The position numbers were made by a program, and so were the translations under genes. From Guillardia theta CCMP2712 (taxonomy: Eukaryota > Protista > Cryptophyta), in NCBI RefSeq assembly GCF_000315625.1, contig NW_005434615.1, positions 6,852 through 70,851 on the forward strand: 64,000 bases of DNA. The letters run 5' to 3'. Below are positions 26,201-40,500 of this stretch, one piece after another (positions within the stretch are counted from its first letter, which is position 1; every line of letters begins with the position of its first letter). The notes under the pieces are model-generated. The model ran no database searches. It was not told where the DNA came from and was given only the letters and a program-made list of their open reading frames with translations.

Positions 26201-29200
26201 TAGTTGTGCATTTCCAACAGTGATGCTTTCATTGACAAATTCGTAATATTGCTTCCAGTAAGTCAGATTGTGTGACACGAAATATCTTTCCCCTGTCAAG
26301 CAGCCACGACAAAATCTTCGTTCCTGTATACAAGAATGAATGGAAAGGCACAAGGAAAGAGAGCACTCACTTGTGTCGAGGGGCACCATTCTATAGAAAC
26401 GGTTCGGTCTCGAGTGACTATGTTTTCATTCTGTAGAACCTGCGAGGGACAACCTGCTGTTGGTTGCCCGATTGGCGAACAACCGTCGATGTCGTCCGAA
26501 GATATGTCTGAATATTTGGGATTTTGAGTGAACTTGAGGTCGATGAAGTTTCCAGGCGCATTTTCTGCGGTTCCCACATATGGCGGCCATACCTTGTACT
26601 TTCTGGTTGCAGCTAGAAAGCATTTATGTGATCATTCACTTTCAATCATTAGAGCAACTCTTACCTTCCAAGTCAAACTCATCGATGTCACTGTGAGCAC
26701 AAAAGGAGTCAACTACCTTCAATTTGAGATATTGAAAGCACCTGTCTCGGATCACAAGTCCCACACGGCGGTCTTCATCTGGTACAAGATTGCCATAGAA
26801 ATCTGTGATCATGCAGCTGGGGTAAGGAACAATCTCCTCTCCAGCTCTGACGTTGTTGTACTGCCAGGATTCCTGTATTGTTTGGAAATCGTTAACAAGA
26901 TAATATCCTGTGCTTGATCTGATTGAGATGATTAATTCATCCATTCGGGATGTATCCACTACAAGCTTTCTCCCTTCAACTGTTCGAGAATGGGTTACAA
27001 GACAAGACATTCACATTCCAATCAAGTACCATTTTGCTTCAATCGGAATTCTGCTGATGAATCTGGTTGCAGACTCAAGTCTATCGATGGATAAGCAAGA
27101 CGTGTTCGAAAGTGATGTTGCCCCGTTCTCTTTATCTGCACATCTGCAAAGTTGTGCTGACCTCTGACCGATATGTTGTTTATAGTACCACAAAGAAAAG
27201 TACAACCTTGTTTACAATTGTACGAGCAGGCTTGACCCCAAGGACTGGGATCCTGGTAGGAGGTAGGTCGGATTGCATTACTGTAATCACAGCGAAACGG
27301 ACATCTAGGACCTGGACAAATATCGCCATCTGTATCGGGACAACTGTTGCAAGGTAATACTTGTGAAGAATTCATGCAATCGGACGAAAATTTGTGGATT
27401 TCAAGATGTTCAAGAAAGATGTATGCTGTTCCCCTCAACTGGACATTCTCGAAGGCATCGAGGAATGCTACATTCATATCAGGAACAAGCCCTGCTCGGA
27501 GCGTTGAACCATTCGCTGGATTCAGAAAGATGGCTTTCGACGGCACCCCGGCATATATTGAGAACTTCTTTGATTCTACCCAGATGCCATGAGTACTGAA
27601 ATTCAAGCTCATGTTCGTTCCAGCTTCCAAGACCTGGAGGTCTGTGAATGTCGCCCTGCCGTAGACGATCGGAACTTTTGTCTGCCCTGTCAAGGAGGAG
27701 AGACGAGGAAGGTCTCGCGCGACTTTCGAGTTCGCCAATCTGCATGCCCGGCCTAAGAACCCCGGATCACAGGTAAGGAGGGGGTGACAAGAGTCTTGAG
27801 ATACGATCTGATACTCCATGTTTGCTGTCAGTGCATCCCAGTTGAGGTTTATGATTCCAGCGCCATAACCAACATTACACATGCACCTGCTGGTAGCCTG
27901 AAAGAATTCCTCTCTGCTCAAGACATTGTCAGGAATGACAATTCCTTCGTCACTCAATTGTCCTCCCAGATCAAAACGCTGAAATATTGAGAGAACAGTC
28001 GCCATGTCCACTTGCACCGAAAACTCGTTTTGTAACAGCAGGTTGAATTCGTTCACGTCAATCGTGTTGACGCCATCGACAAAGTCATTTGGATTGAACT
28101 GAAATACATTGGTGATAGCCATGGAATATTTCAACCAAATCCCTTGGATCTTGTCGGACGGCAAAGATAGAGTCTTTGTAGCAGGAGGACAACGCGGATA
28201 TCTACTTCCTATCAATGAAACAGAAACGAAGCCGGAGCTGTACGCTGCAACATTGGTTTCCGAATCCAACAGCAGGATCTGAACACTTCTTGAAGGTGCA
28301 TTACTTCCAATCATTGTATCCTGAGGATGTTGAGTGATGTTGATTTGTGCTATAGGGCTGTAAACGTTAAAGCGAGGCGACTGCACCGTCATGAAGACTT
28401 GATCAGAGCCAGCAACTAAAAGCTCGAATACCAAGGAAATTCCTTGTGAAACTCGTGATATGGCAAGGTCAGTAAAATGAGCTGTTCCATTCATAAATGT
28501 TACGGTACGATTTCCTGACAACCAGCCACTCACGTTAAAATTGTTTGAAATCAATGAGGCTTGAATATGATGACCGTTGAATTGATAAATCAATTCATCC
28601 ATTGCGTTGAAGATTGAAATCTTTGGTTGTTGCACGAGAGGATCTCCGACTGCGGCATCTTCGAAGCCGACGCACTCCTTTCTCTCCTCGATCCATTTAC
28701 ATCCGGCTTGGCACGTGGATGAATCAGAGAAATTAGAGCACAGCGTCCATGCATATGGAGAGAATCCAAGGTATGCTCCTGTGGGTAAAACTTGGAAGGG
28801 ATCCGAGAAAAGCGGCTTTTGCATCATGTGCTTCAGAGCTTCTGGAATACTGAAGATTCCTGTGAACTTCGATGAGTTTACGAGATCTCCGATATCATAC
28901 CGAAGTCTGTACAGTCCAGGGTTCGCGCTGACTAGGATCCCTGGGAAAATTGCTTTGCCGTGCATTGTCAAGGACTGCGACATACCGAGCACTTTTTCAC
29001 ATTGTTTCTGAGTCTGTGTAGGAGATTGGAATGTGCTCTCCGAAACCACTGAGAGGAGGACAAGATAATCTACGTCGAAAATCTCATTTTCAAAGTAATC
29101 CAGGAGGATCACGGCAGGAACGATCGGCATGGTTTCACCTTGGAGGCATGTAGCGGGTTGCACTAACGCCTTCAATGCAAAAGCATATGGCGAGGAGACG

Positions 29201-32200
29201 ACAGTGAAGTAATTGCTGTATCCAGTGAGAGCTGCGACATCGAATCTAAGTCTGACATTTGCGATAGAAGCAATCACATATATGTCTGGGAAATCAACCA
29301 GTGGCGAGGCAATAGAAAGATTGGAAACCCCCTTGAGCAAAAACTTCGACGTATTGAAAGTGTTGATTTGAAAGGATGAACCTTCAATCGTTCTTGCTGA
29401 TGATACATCAAGGCCAGCCGTCACAAATGAAGATATGCCGGATGAAACTTGGTTCTTGAAACGATCTACAATCACAATCCTCGGTGTTCGAAACTCTTTG
29501 AATGCCACGCCTGCTGTCACTCGAGGCAAGACAGACGGCTGCACCACGCTGATGATTTCCGAGGGTACGCCGGCAATGATTTGAAATTTTTGCGATTCTA
29601 TGATCCATCGAACATTTGAGTTTAAGACTGCAAACATGAAAGTATATCCTGACTTAGCAAGATCAATAGCAATGCAATCAAACGCTGCAACACCTTCACT
29701 TGAAGTTATCGTGATCGACCCCACGCTCACGTCCTGACTTCCTGATCGAATCAATTGACCGCAAAGCGTTGAAGGTCGTTCTAAGCTTGTGGGTAGTTGA
29801 AATTCACTGAGATAATTCCAACAACTTATCCCAGCGGGAACTGGATTCTGGCCAATGTTTGCTTCAATTGTCAGAGATGTGTTGGTATGTAAATTCCCAT
29901 AACGATCACTGAGGGTCAAGACTGTCGCAGGTCGCATGCCGATTCCAGCAGTACCTGAAACTGGCTGTTGAAAGATGGAAAGACTATATAACCCGGCATC
30001 TTTGACAGATATTGACTGCTTGGAAGCCACGTCAAAACGATTCTTCCCATAAATATCTGTCTCGAATCTTATAGAAAAGATTCCAGAAGTTGTAATCCGG
30101 AGGTTTGTGAAGGTGGCGGTGCCATTCCACATAAAAGTTTCCGTATCTCCTTCTATGGCAACTCCTTGCTTACTTTCACACAATTTGGAATATTTTGAGC
30201 ACTGAGTGACATTCTGGAAGAAGATCCGAGCATAACGACCGGAATACCTGTAAAGGCCCTCGCTCACTAGCGACACTCGCACGTTGGGAAGAATAGCTCC
30301 AGCTGTGGCTGAGGACGGAATCACCGACGCGATTGAAAACACTGTCTGTCCTGCTTTCGGCAGGTAGACTTGGGTCACCACCCCTGTGTTTGCAAAGTCA
30401 GCGGGGCAAGAGAAAGTCTGCCCTATTTCATTCGACACGACGAAGGTGAAGGAGGTTGAAACATAGTCAACTACTGCCAGTCCATCTCGTGATACCGTGA
30501 TGCTACTGAAGTTAGCATACCCTTGCTGCGACCTTACTTGAGTTGTTCCGAGAAGTATTCCTTGGTCGCTCGGGATGGTCGCAGTCACTTTCAACTTTGA
30601 CCGAACTGCTACGCGAGAACTTTGATCATACACGGCTATGATGGGAAACGGATTGAGGATATCAAAAACAACGAATTTGGTTGGCCAAACAACAACTTTA
30701 CAAGAAATCGCTGGGCTGGATATCTCGAACGAAGAGGAAAAAACAACTGCATATGATATATTCGAAACAGATTCTCCTCTCCACACTGATTCCAACGAGA
30801 TATTTGACGCGTTCATCTCACCAATGGCAGCAAACCTCAACGCATATGTTCCAGGAGGGCCTGAAACCCCCAGCGAAAGAGAAGTGAGGCCAGTTGACAA
30901 GTTCTTAGTGGTCTCTCCAAACATATAGGATCCTGGGGCTGATTGATTTATTGATGCATAAAGCCAGACAGGCTCCAGGATCAAATTGCCGAATTTATCG
31001 AGCACGACGACATTGATGTTGAACTTCTCATTGATTATAGCATCCGGTGGCACGTATCCCGACTTGGTAAACATGTCAAAGGAAATGGTATCGGGCGAAA
31101 GCAACTTTATGTCCGAAACAGGTCCTGCAACGATCTTGATAGGAGCTGTGACAGTGTTCAACAAGCAAGAATCAGCAACACACAATCGAAGGCTCAGATT
31201 TCCAGAAAGATGGTAAGACAAGCCAGATAGAACACCAACCCCACGAGATGTGACAATGCTGTTCACTCCTAATATCCTCCCGAAAAACGTGAGTGCTGCA
31301 CCATCCAAGTCCTCCTGGGGTACACAAATATCGTAAGCAAGGTAACATGAAAACTTCTTTGAGCATGTGGTGCCGTACATCGACTGACACGTTGACGTCT
31401 GCTGATAGTAAGTATACCCCACACATCGCTGTGTTTGGTAACAAGTAGCCTCACAGATCGCCTTGCTTCCTGCAGCATCAGAATTGCTACAAAAGATGTT
31501 GTCAGCATTGGAGCATACTTGACCTTGACATCGGTAGCCGCTTGCCTGCTGAACAGGGCTCGATTGAATCTGAGTACGAAGACTCACTGTTGAAAGGACC
31601 AAATTATCGTAGAGGTCCCGCAGCTCAATCACGATGGTTCCCAACGGCTCTCCCGCCACTGAGGCGAAAGGTTGAGAGACAATTGCAAGTCGATCCACCT
31701 TGTTTGCAGACTTGATCACAAATGGTTTCGAGAAAGCCTTGATAGACAAGTCCGAGACAGCATACAACGCAAACCTGTACGTTGAAAAGTTCTGAAGAGT
31801 CTCAAACCCAATGCTGTCAACACACCACGGTGCCAGTTCCGAACGATGGCAATTAGAGTATGCTCCATTTTTCCTGAGCTGTTCCCCGCTTGCACGAAAG
31901 ATGGATAGTCCGGAATATGTCACAACTCCACTCTGAGGTACGCTTGTCCAGTTTGTGTTACAGAACCCAACGCCACACACCGCACTTTCACATGGAAGTG
32001 AAGTTTGGCTTGGGTTGGGCGACATGGATTGACACAGATGCGCAAAAGGAGAGACACATGCTTGTCCGTTAATCACATTGTTTCGACAAACACCGATCTC
32101 GAACTCCTCGTCTTCGAATGAAGAGCATTCACCCGTCATGTTGCAATATCTGCTTTGAAGTTTCAGGGCTATTTCATCCTGGCTCAGCTTCAGTTTGTTT

Positions 32201-34520
32201 CCAAACTTGTCCTGAAGCTCTGCAGTGACTGAAATAGCACTTCCTGCCGAAACCTGAGAGCTGAAAACATCCGGTTGCGATCCTGCAAAGGAAATGTTGC
32301 TCAACGGAAGAGTCATCGCAAACTCATTGGACAACACGGTGATACAATTTGACAGCTGAGGAAGGAGCTGGGACATATCTGATCCTCTGACTCTAGGCTC
32401 CGAACATTTGCAGGGCTGTGAAGTGTTTGAGTTGCAAGCATCGCATCCTGATCTAGCCTCCAAAAAGAGATGTTGAGCAGAAATCTGGGCGTTTGTGCCC
32501 ATTCCTTGAACCTGGATCTGACCATCAACAAGTGGCAAGGCGATGGAACAAACTTCAAAAGAACTTGAACTTGACGAGGTGGCAGTCAAATTATGAAGAT
32601 CACAAGTTGGTTGTGGTAGACTAGCAACGTTACCTACGAGCTTGACATTCATTCCAACATTGTTAAACAAGATGAGCTTGCTCAATGAAAGACTCACTGA
32701 GACTTCTTTGCAAGTTGTGTTGAGGATCGGATTGTCAAACTCATCTGTTACTGCAATCAGAGGTTGAATCGGTAGGGGCAATCCAACGAGAGAAAGGGAT
32801 TGAAGTTGCTGCTTGAAGTAAATCTTCTTTCTCACATTATGCACAACCATAACATCGATTTCTGTGAAGATCTCCTGTGTTGAGCTTGCATTTCCAAGAT
32901 CTATTACTCCCAGAAGCTCTAATCGTAGCTTGTAAAGTCCACTTTTGGTCAAAGACATGTTTCCCATTGATCCCAGTCCTCCCACTGTTCGATACAACGT
33001 CTCACCTCGTAGGAAACGAGAGTTCACTGGCATTCCTGATTCTGTGAAGGATACGTTTACAAAGAAATCTTGATTGCCAACCAGATTTCCGAAGGCATCC
33101 TGCAAAATAGCAACGCAGCGATGGTTTTGATTGAAAATTTTGCTTTCATTCAGAAATATTCGATATGTGGTTCCCGGTGCTGGCATTATGCTGGCCAATG
33201 AGCTCGGAGAGTCCAGCGGGCGAGTCCAGGACACCTTCGCTGTGTGGTTCTCAACATCAAACGAGGAGATGATGCCGGACAAGCCACATCCCAACGACCA
33301 CGAGCACCTCTGGCTTGTAGTGGGAGGTACCTGATACCCCTCCCTCCATAACTGTATCGTTGATCCAACATAGAAATTAACGTCTCGCGATCGCACGCCG
33401 GTACGAGGGTCCCCCTCGATGTCTATCTCTGTATAGATTCCTTCTCTTCCCCCGAACGTCTCCTTGCAGACTGAGCTGCACTGCGTGAGGTCTAGCGAAG
33501 ACTTGAAGCTGTAGTTACCATCTGATCCCAACTTGCAATCACAACTGAAAATCACTCGCTTGACTCTGTCGATTTCCTCCCATGCTGAACCGCTTGCACC
33601 ACAGATAGAATCTCCTGCAGCCACAAGGATGTATGCTGGCTGTATTGCCACCTTGTTAACTCTACAATTTGCAACATCGAACGAGTTGCTGAGCAATGTC
33701 GTCTCGTTGTTCGAAAGCTTGAAACCAAGTTTGTATCCGCTGCCAGCTTGAGTGAGCATGATAGCAGATACGTTGCTGCTTCCAAAGGCTATCAACGTCG
33801 ATGTTGTGTTGAATTCAAAGTTGGCGCCCTTATCGAACGTGATGCTGCCGTACTCAAAAGCAACAACCTCGTCAGTGATGAGAGAGGTCTTAATGGATAA
33901 GGCCTCTTGTAGCTCCTGAATGGAGTTACCAAATTGATCGACGATCTGCAAGACGGGTTGTCGAGATAAAGCTTCTCCCGCCGTTCCGTTCCCAGGCTGA
34001 ACGATCAACTCGATCCGGGAAGGATTGTTTGCCTTAACATAGAACCCAAATGGACAATCGGCATACACAATCTTTCCTTGGTACCCACAAGTCCCGTCGT
34101 CAAAGCATTGATAACTGCGAGCTAAGATACGGAGAAAGAACTTTCTGTTCGAAAGAGTCCGGTCGCTGCTTGCTATCACATTGGTTGACGCTATTGACAG
34201 AGTTGCAAACTCTGCCGTACCATCTGCCTCCAGAAAGGGGGTCGAACCATTAAAGATAGTGTAACCGTTGTATGGGAAACAGCCCGTCTGCTTCACGAAG
34301 ACATTGTCGGTACAGATAATATTGGATAGGCCATACAAGGAAGGTTTCATGTAGATTTCAGCAAAAGCCTTATTCCCATTGGTAACTGCAACTTCATTCT
34401 GAGTATCATACACTGCGAGCACTTTTAGCTGGGGACTGAGGGGGGTCCCTGCAACAAGAATCGAGCCTTCTTCTGGACAACTTCTCAGGTCAATCTCGAT
34501 CCTGCCAATCACGAAATCAG

Positions 34521-34553
<33 letters not shown>

Positions 34554-37500
34554 GCAGCAGCAGCAGCAGCAGCAACAGAGCAAACAATCACCTTTGATAG
34601 TCAGACGAGAGCACGCGGAACTTGACACTGAAAATTCGCGGCTGGGTGCCAGAAACCACATATGGAGTAGAACAAGCAAGATCCGAGAATCTGGTGACCA
34701 TCAAGTAAATGTCTGCCACTGGCCTGTTCAACTGCAGCTCGGGAAAGGCCAACGTGCCAGGATTGGACTGGTTGATTGGTTTGCAGCAGCCTCCGTTGGC
34801 TGCGAGGCAAGTCGAAGGAAGCTGAGGGAAGTTGATTGGAGTGCACTGACAGTTTAAAGGATTCGGATTTTGACATTCTAAGCATTGTGAAATTTGAACC
34901 AGAATAGAGCCTTTGGTTTCAAGCACTCCCGACGAGTCTCGCAATCTCAAGATGGGGCCGCAGCCAAGGGACGAAGAGTCTCTTGGACTTATGCCGTAGG
35001 CACATTGAGACGGCAATTTGTCAAATGGCCTAGAAGCCACAACCGATGACGGTGGTTGGACAAGGAAAACAAACTCGTTGTAAGGCCCCGGAGCAACGAA
35101 GAAGTAGGAGCTCGTGACTTGCCTTGTTACGTTCCAGACTGCTTCGAAGATGATTCTTGCACCAGGAGAAGCAAGCACAGAGTTCTGAACCAGCAGATTG
35201 GCGAAGCTTACCACTCCATTGACTGATAAAAGCGTTGTGTTGCCAGCAAGCGTTGTATAGTTCACAGCGGGGTCCAAAGTCGCTACAACTGTGACAGCAC
35301 AAGGAGCCAGTCGCCCTTGAGAGTCAACGAACCTGAGGGAGACAGCTATAGGAAGGTTCGCGAATGACGGGTTCGCGGGCTGCTGAACGATAGTGATAGC
35401 GTCGAAAGATCTCACAGCAAAGGAGTTTGACGAAACCTGCAAGTCAGTCCCGTTCAAGGTGAAGACCAGCTTATAATCTTCTGACACCGAGCCCAACACG
35501 CTTAGGTCTGTGAACTTGACAGTTGCGTCGGATTGAGGGGTGACTGTTGACGTTCCTGTTAAAACACTTCCTGCAAAACCAGAGAGCGAAGCTGAGATTT
35601 CATACATGACTGATCCGTTAGAGGAGTAGTGAGTCAGTAAGTTTCCAAACTGATCGTACATGTTCAAAACGGGCTGGATGTCCATCGGGTATCCAGACAC
35701 CATGTTGCCTGGTTGAAGCACAATAACCAACGAGCTCGTTGCGGCAGGTTCAACAGTGAAAGACGTCGAAACCATCACGTCCTCCAAGCCATAGATGTAT
35801 CCTGTGGATCCTTTCACGTAAAACTTCAGCTGATATGTCCCTGCCTTGTCTATCCTCAGGTCGCTAAACTTGGCAACCCCTCCAGATCCAGCAGCAATCA
35901 CAACGCCTGGGTCAGCGCCCGCCGTTCCCTGAAGCACCACATTGGAGACCGAAAGAGTCGCTGAAAGCTGTCCGGCCCAGGTACCTGCCACCAAAGCATC
36001 ACTCGAGACGAGGTTGTCAAACAGCAAATCGCAATGACCTTTGACGTTGAAGTCAAAATCAACCACGTGGATCTCGGGCTGCTGGCTCAAGACCTGACCT
36101 GCTACCGACGTGCCGGGCTGTGTCGCGATAACAAGATGAATCACGTCTACAGCTTCAACGTTGAAGACGTTTGAGTATGCTATCAGATCATTGGTGTATG
36201 GCACAGGAGCTGAAACAAGAAATTTCAACTTCTGGTATGCCATCGGCCTTGTAACTTTAAGATCTGTAAATGTCGCTAGACCGTTGGAAGCCGATTGAAT
36301 TGTTGCTCCAACAATGTCGGTCAAGGAGTCAGGAAATAGAGAAACAGAAACGTTGGCAACAGACAGCAAAAGCTGCAGCCCATTCGCCCCCAGAATCGAG
36401 ACGGTGATAGGGCCCAGCGGTTGACCACTTAGAACTCTTGGCAAGGTGCTTATCGAAGGCGTCATGTTGCGATAAGTTCCAATCATTTCGTTCACTTTCA
36501 ATGCAGTTTTCTGGAGGACAAGAAAGTTTGAACTGAAACCTTGCACAATCCCGTTGCTATTCGCCCGGTCGTAACACGAAGTTTGGACGTCAGCCAAGCT
36601 CCAACCACTTGGACATCCATTCTGCTTCAGGGCTTCGTACCTACAGAACGAAAATTTCAACCTAAAAGTTCCTGCCACATTAACCCTCAGCTCTGTGAAA
36701 GTTAAGATTTGATTTGCTTTGTATTCTTGTCGCCCAAGAAATATCGGGAGATTTCCAGTGCTGATATAATCCAGGCTCACATCCACGTGTATCGGGCAAG
36801 AAAAATTCAATCCATTCAAATCTAGAACAAGAACTGAAGGAGGGTTCAGGATGGTTTCGTACTGCACACTTGTACTGGGATTTGAAACAATCTTGAGTGA
36901 ATCAGCGTATCCACTCACAACATCAAACACATTTGATGCCCCAACCAAGGGGCTCGTGACTGGACCAGTGGAAATTGGAGTAACCAAAACACTGACAAAG
37001 TACTTGCCAAGGGTGCTCGGAACTTTGGTTGCTGCAAGCTTGAAATCCCCAGCAAGTTGGCGTGCATTTGGCAGTGGCTGATTGTAACCATTCGTCTCTC
37101 CCGTCAAGTTGAAAGCGATGTCAAACGTCTGATTGAATGCTCCGATCTTGTTTTTGAATACGTCGACAAAGGAGAGTGTGACTGCGGAAAGGTCTTGAGA
37201 GGCGATCGTGACTGGGATGACCTGATCAAATCTGATCGTTGAGATGTCGCCAACCACCACGGAAAAGGGCTGGGAGAGGACAGCGGGCAGTTGAACTCCA
37301 GCAAGGGAGCTGACCTGGATACGGATACGAGCATTGGAAGCAGGAGCGCGGAAGGGAGACAGGAAATCCGATGAGTTCTGAGGAATATTGACGCGCAAAA
37401 GCCCGTCAATGGCTGTCATGACCGTTGGTATCGAGGAAATCACCAGACCATCATAGGACAAGACAACATTGTAAGTGGCAGAAGCTTGTGCGCCTTGGAT

Positions 37501-40500
37501 CACATTCCCGTACTGATCACTCAGGGCGATAATGCAAGAAAGGTTCCCACCGACAGTCAACACGCCAAGGGTGGGACACTCAGCAGCAGTGACCTTCTGC
37601 AGGTTGAGAGGCCGGACAGAGAATGGCCTTGTTGAGGCTGGGGTAATCTTGCACCACGAACTTGTCAGGCTGGAACAAGACTGATCGAGAAAGGAGGACG
37701 TGAAGTTGCTGCAGTTGGTCGAAGAAGAGGGACAGATTTGCAGTTGATAGTTCACCCCTGCTCCTTTCATGTTCACAGCCACTCGTGCTTTTCCGGAGTT
37801 GAAAGAAAGCTTTTGCGCCTGTACGGCTGTTGAGCCACAAACTTCAGGCAGAGAAAGGCCTGACACGGGCTTGAAATCGTCTGGAGTTGAAGACAAGCAA
37901 CTCGTACTTGGGCTGCTACACACTAAGAAGCTAGCAAGGTCATACTTTCTACAAGACGGATTCGACACAAGCAAAACTGTCACCCCATCGGAGAAATCAA
38001 CGATCGGGTTGTTTTGAGAGTCCAGGATCTGCACATCGACGTAAGCACTTGTTCCTGCATCGAAGTCCACAAGGAACTGATTTGTTTGGAGGTTGATCAG
38101 GGAGAAGTTTTTAGACGCCGGATTTATGACTACGACGCTATGCGGCTGATTCGGAATCACTTGGATATCATCACCTCGAGCAAAAAGAGAAAAGTTGCAC
38201 GTACTGTCTGGAACGATCTGCGCTGTTATAGAGTAAGGATAGCCGACCTTTTGAAGTGTGAGATTGAAGAACGCAAGACCGTTGGTTGTGTTCACTGTCA
38301 CAACCTTCTCGTCAAGCTGGGCAGTAGACGTGACTTGAATCAGCAGCTTTATTGGCTGAAATCTCCTGGACAAACACTCGTTGCTGGCGAGTGAACAATT
38401 CTCGGGGAGAAACATTCGGTTGCCGTACTTGTCTTGCACTTCCAGCTCATACCTGAATGAAATTCCCGCTACCAACGTCCGGCGATTCGACACCTTGACT
38501 GGCTGGCTGATGAAACTAATGGCTGCAATCTCACCGGGGGCAACGGAAAACGATTCACTGAGAATCTCTTCCAGTCCAGATGGCGAGTAACTCAAAACCA
38601 AACCAAACTTATATCTGAAGGCTGATTTGCCGACAAAGATGCTATCAAACGTGGCGATGCCATTGACAGCTCCAACAGAACGAGGCTGGAACAAGCAATC
38701 TGAAGTGCATTCATAAATTCCACTAGTATTGTACTTGTAAAGCTTGACAGTAATCATCGTTCCGTTTTCAAATACATCATTTTTGAACCTATCCTTCACT
38801 TGCACCCGTACAGTCATGGAATCATCAGCAATGACCGAGCAAGCAGGCGGTTGTTGTAGGATGCTCAGAAGCCTTGGACTTGCAGCACTCACATAAAACC
38901 TGCTGCTGTTCAATGTCGCATATTGTACCGCAAACGTCAGGCGTAGATAGCCAGAACGTGTCAGATTGAGCTGAGAGAACAAAGCTATCCCTTGTTGAAC
39001 CTTTTCTGTTGTTCTTCCTTCTAAACCGCAAGAGGGAGCGGCACACAATTCCTCATATCTCGCCTCAACAGTCATGTCCACGTTAGCAACCAACAGACAG
39101 CACGTCTGCGGACACTGCGAGCAGAGTTGAACTTGCAGCGGAGGTGATAGAAAATTTCCTGCAACACTCGTGCCTGGCTGGTTGACAACATAAAGGTGAT
39201 CTATGACTAGCACACTTATATTTGACAAGGTCAATTTCACCACATTTTCGCACATGTAATAGAAGACGACATTCCAACTCGATCCAGCGGCCGAAAATCT
39301 CAGGTTGATGATAGATTGCCCAGTTGTGAAGTTGACAAGCTTAACACTTTTCTGCTGATCGTTCAAATCTACAGCAGTCAAGTTGAAGATCTCTCGATTG
39401 TTCTCGAAGAGCTTGACACAGACCTGTGCCTGAGAGTCTACGACAACATTTCCATACTTGTCCTCGGCCAAGATTGCAACTTGAGATATCGCTCCCTTCA
39501 CGAACGTTGAAGGAGGTGTTTCACGGAATGCAATGTTGAAAAATTGATCGCTCTGAATCCTGAAGGAGGAGGAGTGGGCAGAGAGTTCTAGGTAGCACTT
39601 TCCAGCAGTTACGGTACAATTCTCCATGCAAGACATCTCTTTGCACTCAACCTGAGTCGTGAAAACAAATCGAACATCAGGAACGACACAGCCATCAGCA
39701 CCGCAGCTGCTTCCAGTCTTGTTCATCATCAGGTCGCTGAAGACACTGCTGCCCTGCTTAGCGTAAGGCTCAATGGTGCCGTACAAGGGGATTTGCTGGG
39801 CTGGGAGGCCTGTTATGTGAGCTGCGACACGAATGCGACCGGTGAAGTTGAGAACTTGGTTGCCGTAGTGATCTGTCACAACGGTTGTCAACGGATCTAA
39901 AGTGCGACCGGCGACTGGGCTGATCGTAGAGTTCAAAACATGCAGTCGGGAAGGCTGACCGTAAGTGATCTTGAAGACACTTGAGATGATCGTGAACGAG
40001 CTCTGACTGAACTTCAGACGGTAGGCGCCCGCCGCGTCCACTGCGAGCTGGTTGAAAGTGACAGGACCATTGGAGAAGATGTTGGAGGTTCCCAACAAGT
40101 GAGGAATGACGGGTCTGATCACTGAAGCGCCACTTGCCAACACGGAGACTCGATCAGCAGGCAGCAGAGTCTCGACTGTCGGCTGCCCTTCTAGGGATGT
40201 CAACAGGCTTGCTTCGAAGAGATATCCCAAGGAGATGTTTGTATCACTGCGACGAGAACAGTTGAATGCATTTGTCTGGTTCTGGTAGATCAAGACACAA
40301 CATTGCGTGAGGTCTTGGTCTTGCCTCTCTATCACCGTCACAGGAGCCATGCCGCAAGCTGAACTCATGCACTTCAACTCCAGGGTGAAGGAATCGCAGG
40401 CGGACACAAACCCGAACAAGTTCAGAGCCGTCGGGATCGGTTCGATTCGGTTTCCGTACTTGTCGATCAAGGCAACTCGAGGAGGAGGCTGAAAGAAGAT

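Noticed and set aside
34502-34591. Poly-Leu 'signal peptide' at the start of the 2521-aa ORF
   Set aside because: It is a (CTG/TTG)n microsatellite inside a 90-nt GT-AG intron whose removal joins the flanking ORFs in frame.
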